Below, in pieces: positions 34,063-46,500 of a DNA stretch of 64,000 nt (its first letter is position 1; every line of letters begins with the position of its first letter). The stretch comes from Escherichia coli. Its GTDB lineage: Bacteria; Pseudomonadota; Gammaproteobacteria; Enterobacterales; Enterobacteriaceae. The position numbers were made by a program, and so were the translations under genes. Below the pieces are notes generated by a model that was not told the DNA's origin, ran no database searches, and saw nothing but the letters and a program-made list of their open reading frames with translations. The stretch is taken from NCBI RefSeq assembly GCF_003019035.1, contig NZ_CP027447.1. The stretch is one strand, 5' to 3'.

Positions 34063-34473
34063 TTAAACGCCCGGCAATACACGCCGGGCAGCTTCTGCCA
34101 GAAACGCACTTCTGTTGGCGTAGTCTGGGTTATTGCGCACGTAGGTATCAATCTTGTTCAGTAACCTTTTCGGCATCGTAATATTGATACGTTCAGCCCG
34201 ACCTTCGAACTGATTCATATTGATATCCACCAGCAACCATTGCCCGCCAATAAAGTCCTGCGCACGCTGGACCAGATGTGTTTCCACAGAGCCTGGAAGC
34301 GGCAACTCTTCATCCATCTCGCATAAGGTTTCGAAGTGCGCGACCAGTGCACTTCGCGCATCCTGGAAAGCGTTGTCCAGCGTATCACCAGCAAAATAAC
34401 AGCCTGGAACATCAGGGAAAAAACCGCTGGCGCTGCCGTCAGGATCACTGTGGATATAGGCGGGATAAAACAT
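34063..34473 (-). CDS. hicB: HicB-family antitoxin (N-terminal RNase H-like fold, C-terminal ribbon-helix-helix)
   Basis: 136-aa ORF 16 bp downstream of the hicA-like gene; C-terminal RHH-like segment ITMPKRLLNKIDTYV... Confidence 0.75.
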   Translation of the reverse strand: MFYPAYIHSDPDGSASGFFPDVPGCYFAGDTLDNAFQDARSALVAHFETLCEMDEELPLPGSVETHLVQRAQDFIGGQWLLVDINMNQFEGRAERINITMPKRLLNKIDTYVRNNPDYANRSAFLAEAARRVLPGV

Positions 34474-34489
34474 ATTGCCTCCTGAAATT

Positions 34490-34675
34490 TTAAAATGTTA
34501 AACCAGCCTGACGCCCAATTTGCGCCAGCGTACCGGGCTTAATATCTTTTTTAGGGTGCGGAACCGTCACCAGACCCGGATGAACAGGGTGGCGGAACTG
34601 ATGATGACTGCCACGGGTTCGAATATGTTCCCAGCCATGCTGCTTCAGGATGGCGATCACGTCTGCACTTTTCAC
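34490..34675 (-). CDS. hicA: HicA-family mRNA interferase toxin (YcfA-like); apparent GTG start
   Basis: 61-aa ORF with the GSHH motif (IRTRGSHHQFRHP); toxin-first gene order. Confidence 0.75.
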   Translation of the reverse strand: MKSADVIAILKQHGWEHIRTRGSHHQFRHPVHPGLVTVPHPKKDIKPGTLAQIGRQAGLTF

Positions 34676-34950
34676 ATCCCTGCCCTTCCATGATTATACA
34701 CACGATACACACAATTAGTGATAACAATCACGATAGCGCGATTTATATGGGCCGTCAGGGGGATAAAGTTGACTCAGGAATGCCGCTCGGAAGAAGAATA
34801 ACGGTGTGCAGTAACTTGTTGAAAAGATGCGAGGAGACTCGTAATTAAGTTCAATCAATATTCAGTCATTCAAGACGTAGACATTTGAATTGGTAAAACG
34901 CGTAAGCGTCGCATCAGGCAATGAATACCCAATGCGACCAGCTTCTTATA

Positions 34951-36489
34951 TCAGAACAGCCCCAACGGTTTATCCGAGTAGCTCACCAGCAGGCACTTGG
35001 TTTGCTGGTAATGCTCAAGCATCATCTTATGGGTTTCGCGTCCGATGCCCGACTGTTTGTAGCCGCCAAACGCCGCATGTGCCGGGTAAGCGTGATAACA
35101 GTTGGTCCACACGCGCCCGGCCTGAATGCCGCGCCCCATCTTATAGGCCAGATTACCGTTGCGGCTCCAGACACCCGCGCCCAGGCCATATTGCGTGTCG
35201 TTCGCCAGCTCCAGCGCTTCTTCCATAGTTTTGAAGGTGGTCACCGCCAGCACCGGACCAAAAATTTCTTCCTGGAACACGCGCATATTATTCTGACCAA
35301 ACAGAATCGTCGGTTCGAGGTAGTAGCCGTCTTTCAGTTCGCCTTCCAGCAGCTTGCGCCGCCCGCCGGTGAGCACGTCTGCGCCCTCTTTTTTACCAAT
35401 ATCAATGTAGTTGAGGATGGTTTCCAATTGCCCGTGCGAAACCTGCGCCCCCATTTGCGTCACGCTGTCGAGCGGGTTACCGCTACGAATGCTTTCGACA
35501 CGGCGGATGGCGCGTTCCATAAAGCGTTCGTAGATAGACTCCTGCACTAAAGCACGGCTTGGACAGGTGCAAACTTCGCCCTGGTTAAAGGCAAACAGTG
35601 CAAAGCCTTCCAGCGCTTTATCGAAAAAGGCATCTTCTTCATCCATCACATCAGCAAAGAAGATATTTGGCGACTTGCCGCCCAGTTCCAGGGTTACCGG
35701 AATAATATTTTGCGTGGCGTACTGCATAATTTGTTGGCCCACTTCCGTTGATCCGGTAAACGCCACTTTGGCGATGCGTTTCGAGGTCGCCAGATATTCG
35801 CCAATTTCCCCACCAGCGCCGTTAACCACGTTCACCACGCCCGGCGGCAGTAAATCACCGACGATTTCCATTAGCAGCAGTACAGAAAGCGGGGTAAGAC
35901 GTGCGGGTTTCAGCACCACACAGTTGCCCGCCGCCAGCGCGGGAGCCATTTTCCAGCTCGCCATCAGCAGCGGGAAGTTCCACGGAATAATCTGCCCCAC
36001 CACGCCTAACGGTTCGTGGAAGTGATAAGCCACAGTTTCGCTATCCACTTCACTAATACCGCCTTCCTGTGCCCGGATACACGAGGCGAAATAGCGGAAA
36101 TGGTCAATCGCCAGCGGTACATCAGCAGCACTGGTTTCGCGAATGGGTTTGCCGTTATCCCAGGTTTCAGCCGTCGCTAACAGTTCAAGGTTTTGTTCCA
36201 TTCGATCGGCAATCTTAAACAGAATTGCCGCGCGATCCTGCACCGAGGTATGTGCCCATTTATCTTTCACTTTATGCGCGGCATCCAGCGCCAAATCGAT
36301 GTCTCGTTTGCCCGAAGACGCCACTTCGCACAGCAGCTGCCCGGTCACCGGCGTCAGGTTCTGGTAATACTCGCCGTCGGCAGGGGCTACCCACTCGCCG
36401 CCGATAAAGTTGTCATAACGGGCTTTTAACTTAAGAGGAAAACCATACTCGCCGGGCTTAATCTGTGCTGAAGGGGGATTATTGGTCAT
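34951..36489 (-). CDS. aldB: Aldehyde dehydrogenase B; start at internal ATG ([15 protein letters not shown]...)
   Basis: ORF 34951-36579; known 512-aa protein starts at the ATG at 36487-36489. Confidence 0.95.
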   Translation of the reverse strand: MTNNPPSAQIKPGEYGFPLKLKARYDNFIGGEWVAPADGEYYQNLTPVTGQLLCEVASSGKRDIDLALDAAHKVKDKWAHTSVQDRAAILFKIADRMEQNLELLATAETWDNGKPIRETSAADVPLAIDHFRYFASCIRAQEGGISEVDSETVAYHFHEPLGVVGQIIPWNFPLLMASWKMAPALAAGNCVVLKPARLTPLSVLLLMEIVGDLLPPGVVNVVNGAGGEIGEYLATSKRIAKVAFTGSTEVGQQIMQYATQNIIPVTLELGGKSPNIFFADVMDEEDAFFDKALEGFALFAFNQGEVCTCPSRALVQESIYERFMERAIRRVESIRSGNPLDSVTQMGAQVSHGQLETILNYIDIGKKEGADVLTGGRRKLLEGELKDGYYLEPTILFGQNNMRVFQEEIFGPVLAVTTFKTMEEALELANDTQYGLGAGVWSRNGNLAYKMGRGIQAGRVWTNCYHAYPAHAAFGGYKQSGIGRETHKMMLEHYQQTKCLLVSYSDKPLGLF

Positions 36490-36596
36490 GATCGTCTCCT
36501 TGCGGTGTGAGGTATAACAAGGGTAGACGTGACTGGCGAAATCTTCGCCAGTCGATAACAGCTTTACGACGGCTATCACGAATTTACGGGCAAGGG

Positions 36597-37892
36597 TTAC
36601 AGCGGATAATGCGCGAAGTACACGGCTTGCTGGTCATTAATTTTCTTCTCTTGCGCAAACCCTTCTTTAACAATTGTCCGTAAATCAGCTCGAGCCGTAT
36701 TATCAGAGACGCCCAGGCTCGCGCTAATTTCAGCAACTGTGTACTCTTTCCCCGGATTGGCGAGCATCACATTCAGGAGCGTTACCTGGCGCGGATTCAG
36801 GCGTTTAAGCACACCAGAGCTAAACAGCACACTATCGAGTTTTGCGCTTCGTTGTGTAATTTCATCGATATGCTGCTGCCAGTTTTGCAGAGCACGTTTA
36901 ATGACACCCGCCTGATATTCAAGGAAATAAGTCAGATCCATACCATCTGATTCAGTGTACTGGTAGCTGGCGGCATATTTGACCGGTGCAGCATGAAGCA
37001 AACGGCTGATGGAAATATATTTAAAGACATCGTAGCCCGATTTCAGCATATACCAGTAAAACAGCGCCCGACTGGTGCGCCCGTTGCCATCCCGAAACGG
37101 ATGTTCATGGGCCAGCATAAAATGCAGAATGCAGGCACGGACCAACGGATGAATATACCCTTCATGGCTGTTTAACCACTGGCAAACTTTTTCCAGCCGT
37201 TCCGGTAACAATGCCGCAGCGGGCGGTTGATGCACTATACTGCCATCATAGTCGGCGATCACAACATCATCTGTTTCACGAAATTCTCCCGGACGATATT
37301 TCGCGTCATTGATTCCACCCATACCAATGGCATGTAACTGGCGAATAAGCGCAGGTGTCAGCGGTTCTGCGAGTAAGTGCGGAATTTCCGCCATCAGCCG
37401 GGCATTTCCCGCAATCATATGCTCGTCTTCAGTGCGTGGCGACCGCCCTGTTTCCAGCATTTTTCTCGCCACCAGCGTTGTAGTATTCGCACCCTCCAGC
37501 TGGGAGCTGGTGATCGGCTCTTCCAGGCGTAACTGGCTTAACTCGGCTCCGGCCCCGCGTAACCGTTCAGTCTGATCTTTCAGCGCCAGCGCGGTAGCAC
37601 GTTTGTCGACAAGCTCGCACGCTTCTGCAATCACCGGGGTAATGTTGAATCCGGCCTGTTCACCCGCTTCATTGCAATAATTAATTCGTTGGATCGCCGC
37701 GTTGCGCGCCAGACGGGTAAGCGTCCACGCCACATCGACGTTTTCTCCTTTTTTGATGCGGTACTGCAACTCATCAAAAGGCAGATAACGTCCTTTTTCA
37801 TCGGTAACCCGGTTAAAGCGCAGGTGGGCCAGGAGTTCCTCACCCGATAAGTGTGATAAAGGAATAAGTCCGGGAGGTGATTTGATAGCCAT
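36597..37892 (-). CDS. Class II Fic-domain protein (putative AMPylase) with N-terminal inhibitory motif and C-terminal helix-turn-helix-like region
   Basis: 431-aa ORF; canonical Fic motif [12 protein letters not shown]; inhibitory-helix motif S-S-Q-L-E-G; C-terminal winged-helix-like segment. Confidence 0.85.
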   Translation of the reverse strand: MAIKSPPGLIPLSHLSGEELLAHLRFNRVTDEKGRYLPFDELQYRIKKGENVDVAWTLTRLARNAAIQRINYCNEAGEQAGFNITPVIAEACELVDKRATALALKDQTERLRGAGAELSQLRLEEPITSSQLEGANTTTLVARKMLETGRSPRTEDEHMIAGNARLMAEIPHLLAEPLTPALIRQLHAIGMGGINDAKYRPGEFRETDDVVIADYDGSIVHQPPAAALLPERLEKVCQWLNSHEGYIHPLVRACILHFMLAHEHPFRDGNGRTSRALFYWYMLKSGYDVFKYISISRLLHAAPVKYAASYQYTESDGMDLTYFLEYQAGVIKRALQNWQQHIDEITQRSAKLDSVLFSSGVLKRLNPRQVTLLNVMLANPGKEYTVAEISASLGVSDNTARADLRTIVKEGFAQEKKINDQQAVYFAHYPL

Positions 37893-37897
37893 GTGCT

Positions 37898-37975
37898 TAT
37901 CTCAAAAAAGCGCAATATTGAGATAGTGTATAGCAGGAAAGAGAAACTATCTCAAAAAAAGCAAGTTTTGAGATA
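37898..37975. promoter_or_regulatory. Two copies of a palindrome TATCTCAAAAAAG-N-TTGAGATA immediately upstream of the Fic start codon (candidate operator pair)
   Basis: Copy 1 at 37898-37925 (6 bp from the Fic ATG), copy 2 at 37948-37975; half-sites ATCTCAA / TTGAGAT. Confidence 0.45.
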
Positions 37976-38021
37976 GTTGAAAAAGCGGCTGACAACTCGC
38001 CAGCCGTTGTGGGAATGATGA

Positions 38022-39173
38022 TTACATTGCGGCGCGATAAATCGCCACAATTTCTTCGTGAGTTGCCTGGATCGGGTTAGTAAAGCCACAGGCATCTTTC
38101 AGGGCATTAGTCGCCAGTACCGTGAAATCTTCTTCTTTCACGTTCAGATCGCGTAGGCCTGCCGGGATATCCACTTTCTTCGCCAGTTCACGGATGGCGT
38201 TAATGCAGGCTTCAGCCCCTTCCGCGTCATTTTTGCCTGTCACGTTCACGCCCATAGCAGCAGCACAGTCACGCAGACGCGCAGCGGCGACTTTGCTGTT
38301 GAATACCTGAACATGCGGCAGCAGAACAGCATTACATACACCGTGTGGCAGGTTGTAGAAACCGCCCAGCTGGTGCGCCATCGCATGAACATAACCCAGA
38401 GAAGCATTATTGAACGCCATACCGGCGAGGAACTGGGCATAAGCCATTGCTTCACGCGCTTTAGCATTGCTGCCATCTTCAACGGCTAACGGCAGATTTT
38501 CGGCAATCATGGTCACCGCTTTCAGTGCGCAAGCGTCAGTGATCGGCGTGGCGGCAATAGAAACATACGCTTCGATAGCGTGCGTTAAGGCATCCATACC
38601 CGTTGCGGCGGTCAGTGACTTCGGCATACCGATCATCAGAGAGGAGTCATTGACAGAAAGCAACGGAGTTACATGTTTATCAACAATCGCCATTTTGATA
38701 TGACGCGCTTCGTCAGTGATGATGCAGAAACGGGTCATTTCAGAGGCCGTACCCGCCGTGGTATTGATGGCGATCATCGGCAGCTGCGGTTTTGCAGAGC
38801 GGTCAACGCCTTCGTAATCGCGAATATCGCCGCCATTGGCTGCCACCAGCGCAATACCTTTTGCGCAGTCGTGCGGAGAACCACCGCCTAAGGAGATCAC
38901 GCTATCGCAATTATTTTCTTTAAGTAATTTCAAACCTGCGGCGACGTTTTCCGTGGTGGGGTTAGGTTGGGTGCCATCATAAATAACGCTAAAAATATTG
39001 CGTTCTTCCAGTGCTTTTTGCACATCACCCGCCATACCCAATTTCGTTAACATATTGTCGGTGACAATTAAGGTACGGGTAAATCCATAATCTGCCATCA
39101 TATTCATTGCATCATTCAATGAATCAGCACCAATAACATTCACGGAAGGAATAAAAAAGGTTGAAGCTGCCAT
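38022..39173 (-). CDS. yiaY: Iron-containing alcohol dehydrogenase
   Basis: 383-aa [26 protein letters not shown]... Confidence 0.9.
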   Translation of the reverse strand: MAASTFFIPSVNVIGADSLNDAMNMMADYGFTRTLIVTDNMLTKLGMAGDVQKALEERNIFSVIYDGTQPNPTTENVAAGLKLLKENNCDSVISLGGGSPHDCAKGIALVAANGGDIRDYEGVDRSAKPQLPMIAINTTAGTASEMTRFCIITDEARHIKMAIVDKHVTPLLSVNDSSLMIGMPKSLTAATGMDALTHAIEAYVSIAATPITDACALKAVTMIAENLPLAVEDGSNAKAREAMAYAQFLAGMAFNNASLGYVHAMAHQLGGFYNLPHGVCNAVLLPHVQVFNSKVAAARLRDCAAAMGVNVTGKNDAEGAEACINAIRELAKKVDIPAGLRDLNVKEEDFTVLATNALKDACGFTNPIQATHEEIVAIYRAAM

Positions 39174-39363
39174 AACACACTCCTGAAAGTGTAAAAAAGG
39201 GCGGGCAGCTTACTGAGGATTTTCATTTGAAAATATGATCAACATTACCGTTTATTAAAATATTTTTAATAAAAAGCACGTTACATTCATCAAATAACGT
39301 GCCTTCTTAACATTAATAAGAAATTTTGTATTAATTCATATTTATTATGAATTAATCATTTCC

Positions 39364-41208
39364 TTATTTTTCCGGAAATAATAATGCGTCGCGCAATAAA
39401 TGATCATTTCCACGACGACGCGTAAAGCCAATGCGGTCAAAATATTCCAGAATCTGAATTGCCAGCTTTCGGCCTACGCCTAAGCGATCGCGGAAATCCG
39501 CCGCGCAGGTTGAACCACACTCCTGATCGAGATCGCGGATCATATTGGCAAATTCGACAATCCGATCGTTACGGTAATAACGATCTTTAACGATCGCGGT
39601 AATTATCCCCTGCTGCGCCGCCTGGCGTAGAGTCAGGCGCATTGCCTGCTCGTCGGTTCCCGTCTCTTTTGCCAGATCACGCACCCACCACGGTTCGTCA
39701 CCAAACAGCGGCTCTGCTTTTTGCCAGATGGCCTGCTGCTCTTCGCTGAAGCCCGCTTTGTGATCCGGCAGATGCAGCCAGCCGTGATGACTGAGGATGT
39801 CGCCGCTTTCGCGCATCTTTTCAATCAGCAACAGTACCAGCGCTTCATCTTCCATTGGCAACGCCATACGTCGCAGACGTTCGCGCCCAGGACCAGGCTC
39901 ATCGCGATGTTGCTCATGATAAGTCGCTAATGTGTCGATAATTTTCCGCTGCCAGCGGGCGGCAACTGGCGCATTCAACAAGCTGTAACCAGCCTGAATA
40001 TAGCCAGGCTGTTGCAGCAGTTCGCGCATCCCTTCGCCGTTGAGCTGCCGTGCCCAGGCGAAATCCGCAAGGTTAACCGCGCCGCGTTCCAGATGAACAG
40101 ATAACGCATCGGCATCGCTCTGCGCCCGTGCAAGAGACGCCAGCCATTGCAGATATTCCGGCTTACGCTTACCGCGACGCGGCGGGTTAAGCATCACCAC
40201 ACGCGCCCCCGCCAGCGTGTTGCGGGCCGAGATATCGCGCAGCACTATGCGATCGTTATCCGCCAGCCACAGCGGCGTGTCGAACACCAGCTCGGCAAGG
40301 TTATCTTCCAGCAGCGAAACGCGTCCCGTAACGTGGCTGGCGGCGTGGTGAATATGCAGCGGCTGCCACTGGGTCAGCGGTGTATGGGTTTGAAGCTCAA
40401 CTATCACCCGCGTAAACGGCTCCGGCGGCGCATCGGCAAGCAACCAGTCGCCACGGTTAATCTGTTCTTTTTCCGCATCACCCGCGATGTTAAGCGCAAT
40501 ACGCTGCCCGGCATGAGCTGCATCTGTTGGCTGATTTTGCGCATGTAGCGCACGCACGCGCATCGGTTTATTTACACCAGTCAGCCAGATTGAATCGCCT
40601 ACCTTCACTTCCCCGCTTAACGCCGTACCGGTGACGACCAGCCCGGCACCTTTTACGGTAAATGCGCGGTCGATCGCGAGGCGGAAACTATGTTGGCTGG
40701 CGTGTTCGCGTTCTGGTAACTGAAGCAGATGCTCGCGCAGGGCATCAATTCCCCGACCTTCGGTTGCTGCGGTGATAAACAGTTTTGCCTCAGCAAAACC
40801 GTATTCCCGCAGCACCTCCTTTACCTGGCGTTCAACCTCATCAACACGCGCTTCGTCCACGCGATCGGCTTTGGTCAGCGCCACTGTCAGCATCGGATTA
40901 CCGGTCAGCTGCAAAATCGCCAGATGCTCACGGGTCTGTGCCATCACGCCGTCATCGCACGCCACCACCAACAGCGCGTGATCGATACCACCAACGCCCG
41001 CCAGCATGTTGGAAAGAAACTTTTCATGACCGGGTACGTCGATAAAACCAGGCACGCGACCATCCGGCTGCGGCCAGTAGGCATAGCCGAGATCGATGGT
41101 CATGCCGCGCTTTTTTTCTTCCGGCAGACGGTCGGCATTTACGCCAGTAATCGCCTGCAATAAGGTTGTTTTGCCGTGGTCAACGTGTCCGGCAGTCGCA
41201 ATAATCAT
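39364..41208 (-). CDS. selB: Selenocysteine-specific translation elongation factor
   Basis: 614-aa ORF with N-terminal GTPase motifs ([11 protein letters not shown]). Confidence 0.95.
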   Translation of the reverse strand: MIIATAGHVDHGKTTLLQAITGVNADRLPEEKKRGMTIDLGYAYWPQPDGRVPGFIDVPGHEKFLSNMLAGVGGIDHALLVVACDDGVMAQTREHLAILQLTGNPMLTVALTKADRVDEARVDEVERQVKEVLREYGFAEAKLFITAATEGRGIDALREHLLQLPEREHASQHSFRLAIDRAFTVKGAGLVVTGTALSGEVKVGDSIWLTGVNKPMRVRALHAQNQPTDAAHAGQRIALNIAGDAEKEQINRGDWLLADAPPEPFTRVIVELQTHTPLTQWQPLHIHHAASHVTGRVSLLEDNLAELVFDTPLWLADNDRIVLRDISARNTLAGARVVMLNPPRRGKRKPEYLQWLASLARAQSDADALSVHLERGAVNLADFAWARQLNGEGMRELLQQPGYIQAGYSLLNAPVAARWQRKIIDTLATYHEQHRDEPGPGRERLRRMALPMEDEALVLLLIEKMRESGDILSHHGWLHLPDHKAGFSEEQQAIWQKAEPLFGDEPWWVRDLAKETGTDEQAMRLTLRQAAQQGIITAIVKDRYYRNDRIVEFANMIRDLDQECGSTCAADFRDRLGVGRKLAIQILEYFDRIGFTRRRGNDHLLRDALLFPEK

Positions 41209-42596
41209 TTCAACAACATCTCCAAAAACCGTTGCTCATCTTCAAGGCAGCGTAAATCCAGCCACAATCGTCCGTCATAAATACGACCAATCACCGGCAC
41301 TGGCAATTCACGCCAGCGGGCGGCTAATGACTCAAGGTGGCTACCGCGTCCATCATGGGGTGTAAACGTTAATGCCGCGCTCGGCAGGCGATCAACCGGC
41401 AGCGAACCACTGCCAATCTGCGAAAGACATGGCATAACCTGTACCGCAAACTCCGCGCCGTAATGTGCGGCAAGGGGAGCCTGTAAACGTTGTGCCTGGA
41501 TTTGAATGACCTCTGCGCTGCGGGTAAGCAGGCGCAGGGTCGGTAATTTTTTACTCAGAGCTTCAGGGTGTAAATAAAGACGCAACGTGGCTTCCAGCGC
41601 CGCAAGGGTCATTTTATCCGCGCGTAATGCACGCTTCAGCGGGTGGCTTTGCAGGCGGGCGATCATCTCTTTTTTACCAACGATAATCCCTGCCTGCGGC
41701 CCGCCTAACAACTTGTCGCCGGAGAAACTCACCAGACTGACGCCCGCCGCAATCAACTCCTGCGGCATTGGCTCTTTCGGCAAACCGTACTGGCTAAGAT
41801 CGACCAGCGAGCCACTGCCTAAATCAGTCACCACGGGAATATCCAGTTCTTTGCCAAGCGCCACCAGTTCAGCTTCGTCTATCGCTTTGGTGAACCCCTG
41901 AATGCTGTAGTTACTGGTATGTACTTTCATCAACAGTGCGGTATTTTCATTCACCGCCTGACGATAATCATTCGCGTGCGTGCGGTTGGTGGTCCCTACT
42001 TCGTGTAGGGTGCAGCCTGCCTGACGCATAACATCGGGAATACGAAACGCGCCGCCAATCTCCACCAGTTCGCCGCGAGAAACCACCACCTCTTTCCCGC
42101 TGGCAGTGGCCGCCAACATCAATAACACCGCCGCCGCATTGTTATTAACGATACAGGCATCTTCCGCCCCCGTAATACGGCACAGCAGCTGCGCCAGCGC
42201 ACGATCGCGATGTCCGCGTCCGGCGTCGTCCAGATCGTACTCGAGGGTCACTGGCGAACGCATAGCCTTCGTAACGGCTTCCACCGCGGCTTCCGCCTGT
42301 AAAGCTCGCCCAAGGTTGGTATGCAGCACGGTTCCCGTCAGGTTGATCACCGGACGCAGCGCGCTTTGCGCCTCTTTCGTCAACCGGGCATCAACTTCTT
42401 GCGCCCAGTTTTCACACCATGCGGGCAGCGTCTGGCTGCCACGAATCACTTCTCGCGCTTCGTCGAGCATCTGACGCAACAATTCCACCACGCGGGTGTG
42501 ACCATAAGTATCACGCAAAGAAAGGAAGGAGCTATCGCGCAATAAGCGATCAATAGCCGGAAGTTGACTATAGAGGGAACGCGTTTCGGTTGTCAT
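41205..42596 (-). CDS. selA: L-seryl-tRNA(Sec) selenium transferase
   Basis: 463-aa ORF; 4-nt overlap with selB. Confidence 0.95.
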   Translation of the reverse strand: MTTETRSLYSQLPAIDRLLRDSSFLSLRDTYGHTRVVELLRQMLDEAREVIRGSQTLPAWCENWAQEVDARLTKEAQSALRPVINLTGTVLHTNLGRALQAEAAVEAVTKAMRSPVTLEYDLDDAGRGHRDRALAQLLCRITGAEDACIVNNNAAAVLLMLAATASGKEVVVSRGELVEIGGAFRIPDVMRQAGCTLHEVGTTNRTHANDYRQAVNENTALLMKVHTSNYSIQGFTKAIDEAELVALGKELDIPVVTDLGSGSLVDLSQYGLPKEPMPQELIAAGVSLVSFSGDKLLGGPQAGIIVGKKEMIARLQSHPLKRALRADKMTLAALEATLRLYLHPEALSKKLPTLRLLTRSAEVIQIQAQRLQAPLAAHYGAEFAVQVMPCLSQIGSGSLPVDRLPSAALTFTPHDGRGSHLESLAARWRELPVPVIGRIYDGRLWLDLRCLEDEQRFLEMLLK

Positions 42597-42693
42597 AGGA
42601 AACCTGGCTGATCAAGGCCCTCTCACACGGAGAAGGGCGTTTAACATAACCACGGATTGTAACGTGAGATGGGTCAGGAGGACATATCGCGCA

Positions 42694-43302
42694 TCAAGCC
42701 TTTGGCGGTTCGGTGCGAGCAAAACTTTCGCGGCTAAAGAGGTTTTCGACCAGTTTGACTAAGTGTGGGCGGTCGACACACCAGCCTGGCGCAACGCGGC
42801 GGAAATTGAGATATCCAACGGCACAGGCAATGGCGATAGTCGCCAGATTGACCGTATCGGTTTTGAGCGTGCCATCGACCAGATATCCTTCCAGCACATC
42901 CAGACTGCGGTTGATTTTCTCCCGCTGGCGTAACAATTCATCTTCAGACTGCTGCGCCGCCGGACGCGCCTGTTCACGCACCGATACCAGCCCGGCATCC
43001 ATAATGCCATCCGCCAGCGCCTCAATTTTGCGCACCCGCAACGACTCCAGCGGATCACGCGGCAACATCGCCGGAGCAACATTCATTAATTCAATATATT
43101 CGGCGATGATCGGCGAATCAAACCAGCATTCGCCCTCTTCGGTCACCAGCACCGGCACTTTTCCTAACGGGTTAAATTGCGCCACGCCGTTATCCGCGTT
43201 ATAGGGCAGTTCATTAATAAATTCGAAAGTTATGCCCTTTTCTAACAACAGAATAGAAAGTTTGCGTACAAACGGGCTGGTGTAGCTACCGACGAGTTTC
43301 AT
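42694..43302 (-). CDS. yibF: Glutathione S-transferase family protein
   Basis: 202-aa [31 protein letters not shown]... Confidence 0.9.
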
Positions 43303-43530
43303 GCCGAGTCCTTTGTGCGAGGAAAAATATCAGTATGGCCTGGTGATGGGAAAAAGGGCAGAAAATGTTGATGGTTTGTTACTTCCCAATAAATCACATA
43401 TTTATCATGGTGATATAAATATTTTCCTAATTGTTCTTATCTGACAGATATCTCACTTAAGGCTTTCTTATAAATCTGTAGGGTTTCGCCTGTCAGCAGA
43501 CAAATAACCCGATAAAACAAGGATGAGCAG

Positions 43531-46500
43531 ATGAGCGGAAAACCGGCGGCGCGTCAGGGCGACATGACGCAGTATGGCGGTAGCATTGTTCAGGGTTCTG
43601 CCGGGGTGCGTATTGGTGCCCCCACCGGTGTGGCCTGTTCGGTGTGCCCCGGCGGGGTGACGTCCGGCCATCCGGTCAATCCGCTGCTGGGTGCAAAGGT
43701 CCTTCCCGGCGAAACCGACCTTGCCCTGCCCGCCCCGCTGCCGTTCATTCTCTCCCGCACCTACAGCAGTTACCGGACAAAAACGCCCGCGCCGGTGGGG
43801 AGCCTCGGCCCCGGCTGGAAAATGCCTGCGGATATCCGCTTACAGCTGCGCGATAACACTCTGATACTCAGTGATAACGGCGGCAGAAGCCTGTATTTTG
43901 AGCACCTGTTTCCCGGTGAGGACGGTTACAGCCGCAGCGAGTCACTCTGGCTGGTGCGCGGCGGCGTGGCGAAACTGGATGAAGGTCACCGGCTGGCCGC
44001 ACTCTGGCAGGCGCTGCCGGAAGAGCTTCGCCTGAGTCCGCATCGTTATCTGGCGACGAACAGTCCACAGGGGCCGTGGTGGGTACTCGGCTGGTGTGAG
44101 CGGGTGCCGGAGGCGGAGAAGGCCACTTCCGGCGGGACGGAACCGTCCGCTTTTCCTGATACCCTGCCGGGTTACACCGAATATGGCCGGGACAACGGCA
44201 TCCGTCTGTCTGCCGTGTGGCTGACGCACGACCCGGAATACCCGGAGAATTTACCTGCCGCGCCGCTGGTGCGCTATGGCTGGACGCCACGCGGCGAACT
44301 GGCGGTGGTGTATGACCGCAGCAATACACAGGTGCGCAGCTTTACTTACGATGATAAATACCGGGGCCGGATGGTGGCGCACCGCCGCGCGGGCCGGCCG
44401 GAAATCCGTTACCGTTACGACAGCGACGGGCGGGTGACAGAACAGCTAAACCCGGCAGGCTTAAGCTACACGTATCAGTATGAGAAAGACCGCATCACCA
44501 TCACCGACAGCCTGGACCGCCGTGAAGTGCTGCACACGCAGGGCGAAGGCGGGCTGAAGCGGGTGGTGAAAAAGGAACACGCGGACGGCAGCGTCACGCA
44601 GAGTCAGTTTGACGCGGTGGGCAGGCTTAAGGCACAGACGGATGCCGCAGGCCGGACGACTGAGTACAGCCCGGATGTGGTGACGGGACTCATCACGCGC
44701 ATCACCACGCCGGATGGCAGGGCATCGGCGTTTTACTATAACCACCACAACCAGTTAACGTCAGCCACCTGGCCTGACGGGCTGGAAATACGCCGGGAAT
44801 ATGATGAATCCGGCCGTCTGATTCAGGAAACCGCACACAACGGCGATATCACCCGCTACCGTTATGATAATCCACACAGTGACTTCCCCTGCGCAACGGA
44901 CGATGCCACCGGCAGCCGGAAAACCATGACGTGGAGCCGTTACGGTCAGTTGCTGACCGTCACTGACTGTTCCGGTTATGTAACCCGTTATGACCATGAC
45001 CGCTTCGGGCAGATGACGGCGGTGCACCGCGAGGAAGGCCTGAGCCAGTACCGCGCATACGACAGCCGTGGACAGTTAATTGCGGTGAAAGACACGCAGG
45101 GCCATGAAACGCGGTATGAATACAACGCCGCCGGTGACCTGACCGCCGTCATTGCCCCGGACGGCAGCAGAAACGGGACACAGTACGATGCGTGGGGAAA
45201 GGCCGTCCGTACCACGCAGGGCGGGCTGACCCGCAGTATGGAATACGATGCTGCAGGACGGGTCATCCGCCTGACAAACGAAAATGGCAGCCACACCACC
45301 TTCCGTTACGATGTACTCGACCGGCTGATACAGGAAACCGGCTTTGACGGCCGCGCACAGCGTTATCACCACGACCTGACCGGCAAACTTATCCGCAGCG
45401 AGGATGAGGGGCTGGTCACCCACTGGCACTATGACGAAGCAGACCGCCTCACGCAGCGCACCGTGAATGGCGAAACCGCAGAGCGGTGGCAGTATGACGA
45501 ACGCGGCTGGCTGACAGGCATCAGCCATCTCAGCGAAGGGCACCGGGTGACGGTGCATTACAGGTATGATGAGAAAGGCCGCCTGACCGGTGAGCGCCAG
45601 ACGGTGCATCACCCGCAGACGGAAGCACTGCTCTGGCAGCATGAAACCAGACATGCGTACAACGCGCAGGGGCTGGCGAACCGCTGTATACCGGACAGCC
45701 TGCCCGCCGTGGAATGGCTGACTTATGGCAGTGGTTACCTGGCAGGGATGAAGCTGGGTGACTCGCCCCTGGTGGAGTACACCCGCGACCGCCTGCACCG
45801 GGAAACGCTGCGCAGCTTCGGCCGTTATGAACTCACCACCGCTTATACCCCTGCCGGGCAGTTACAGAGCCAGCACCTGAACAGCCTGCAGTATGACCGC
45901 GATTACACCTGGAACGACAACGGCGAACTCATTCGCATCAGCAGCCCGCGCCAGACCCGGAGTTACAGCTACAGCGACTCCGGCAGGCTGACCGGCGTTC
46001 ACACCACCGCAGCGAACCTGGATATCCGCATCCCGTATGCCACGGACCCGGCAGGTAACCGCCTGCCCGACCCGGAGCTGCACCCGGACAGCACCCTCAG
46101 CATGTGGCCGGATAACCGTATCGCCCGTGACGCGCACTATCTTTACCGGTATGACCGTCACGGCAGGCTGACGGAGAAAACCGACCTCATCCCGGAAGGG
46201 GTTATCCGCACGGATGATGAGCGGACTCACCGGTACCATTACGACAGCCGGCACCGGCTGGTGCACTACACGCGGACACAATATGCAGAGCCGCTGGTCG
46301 AAAGTCGCTATCTTTACGACCCGCTGGGCCGCAGGGTGGCAAAACGGGTATGGCGACGTGAACGGGACCTGACGGGCTGGATGTCGCTGTCACGGAAACC
46401 GGAAGTGACCTGGTACGGCTGGGACGGCGACCGGCTGACCACGATACAGAACGACAGAACCCGCATCCAGACGATTTATCAGCCGGGGAGCTTCACGCCA

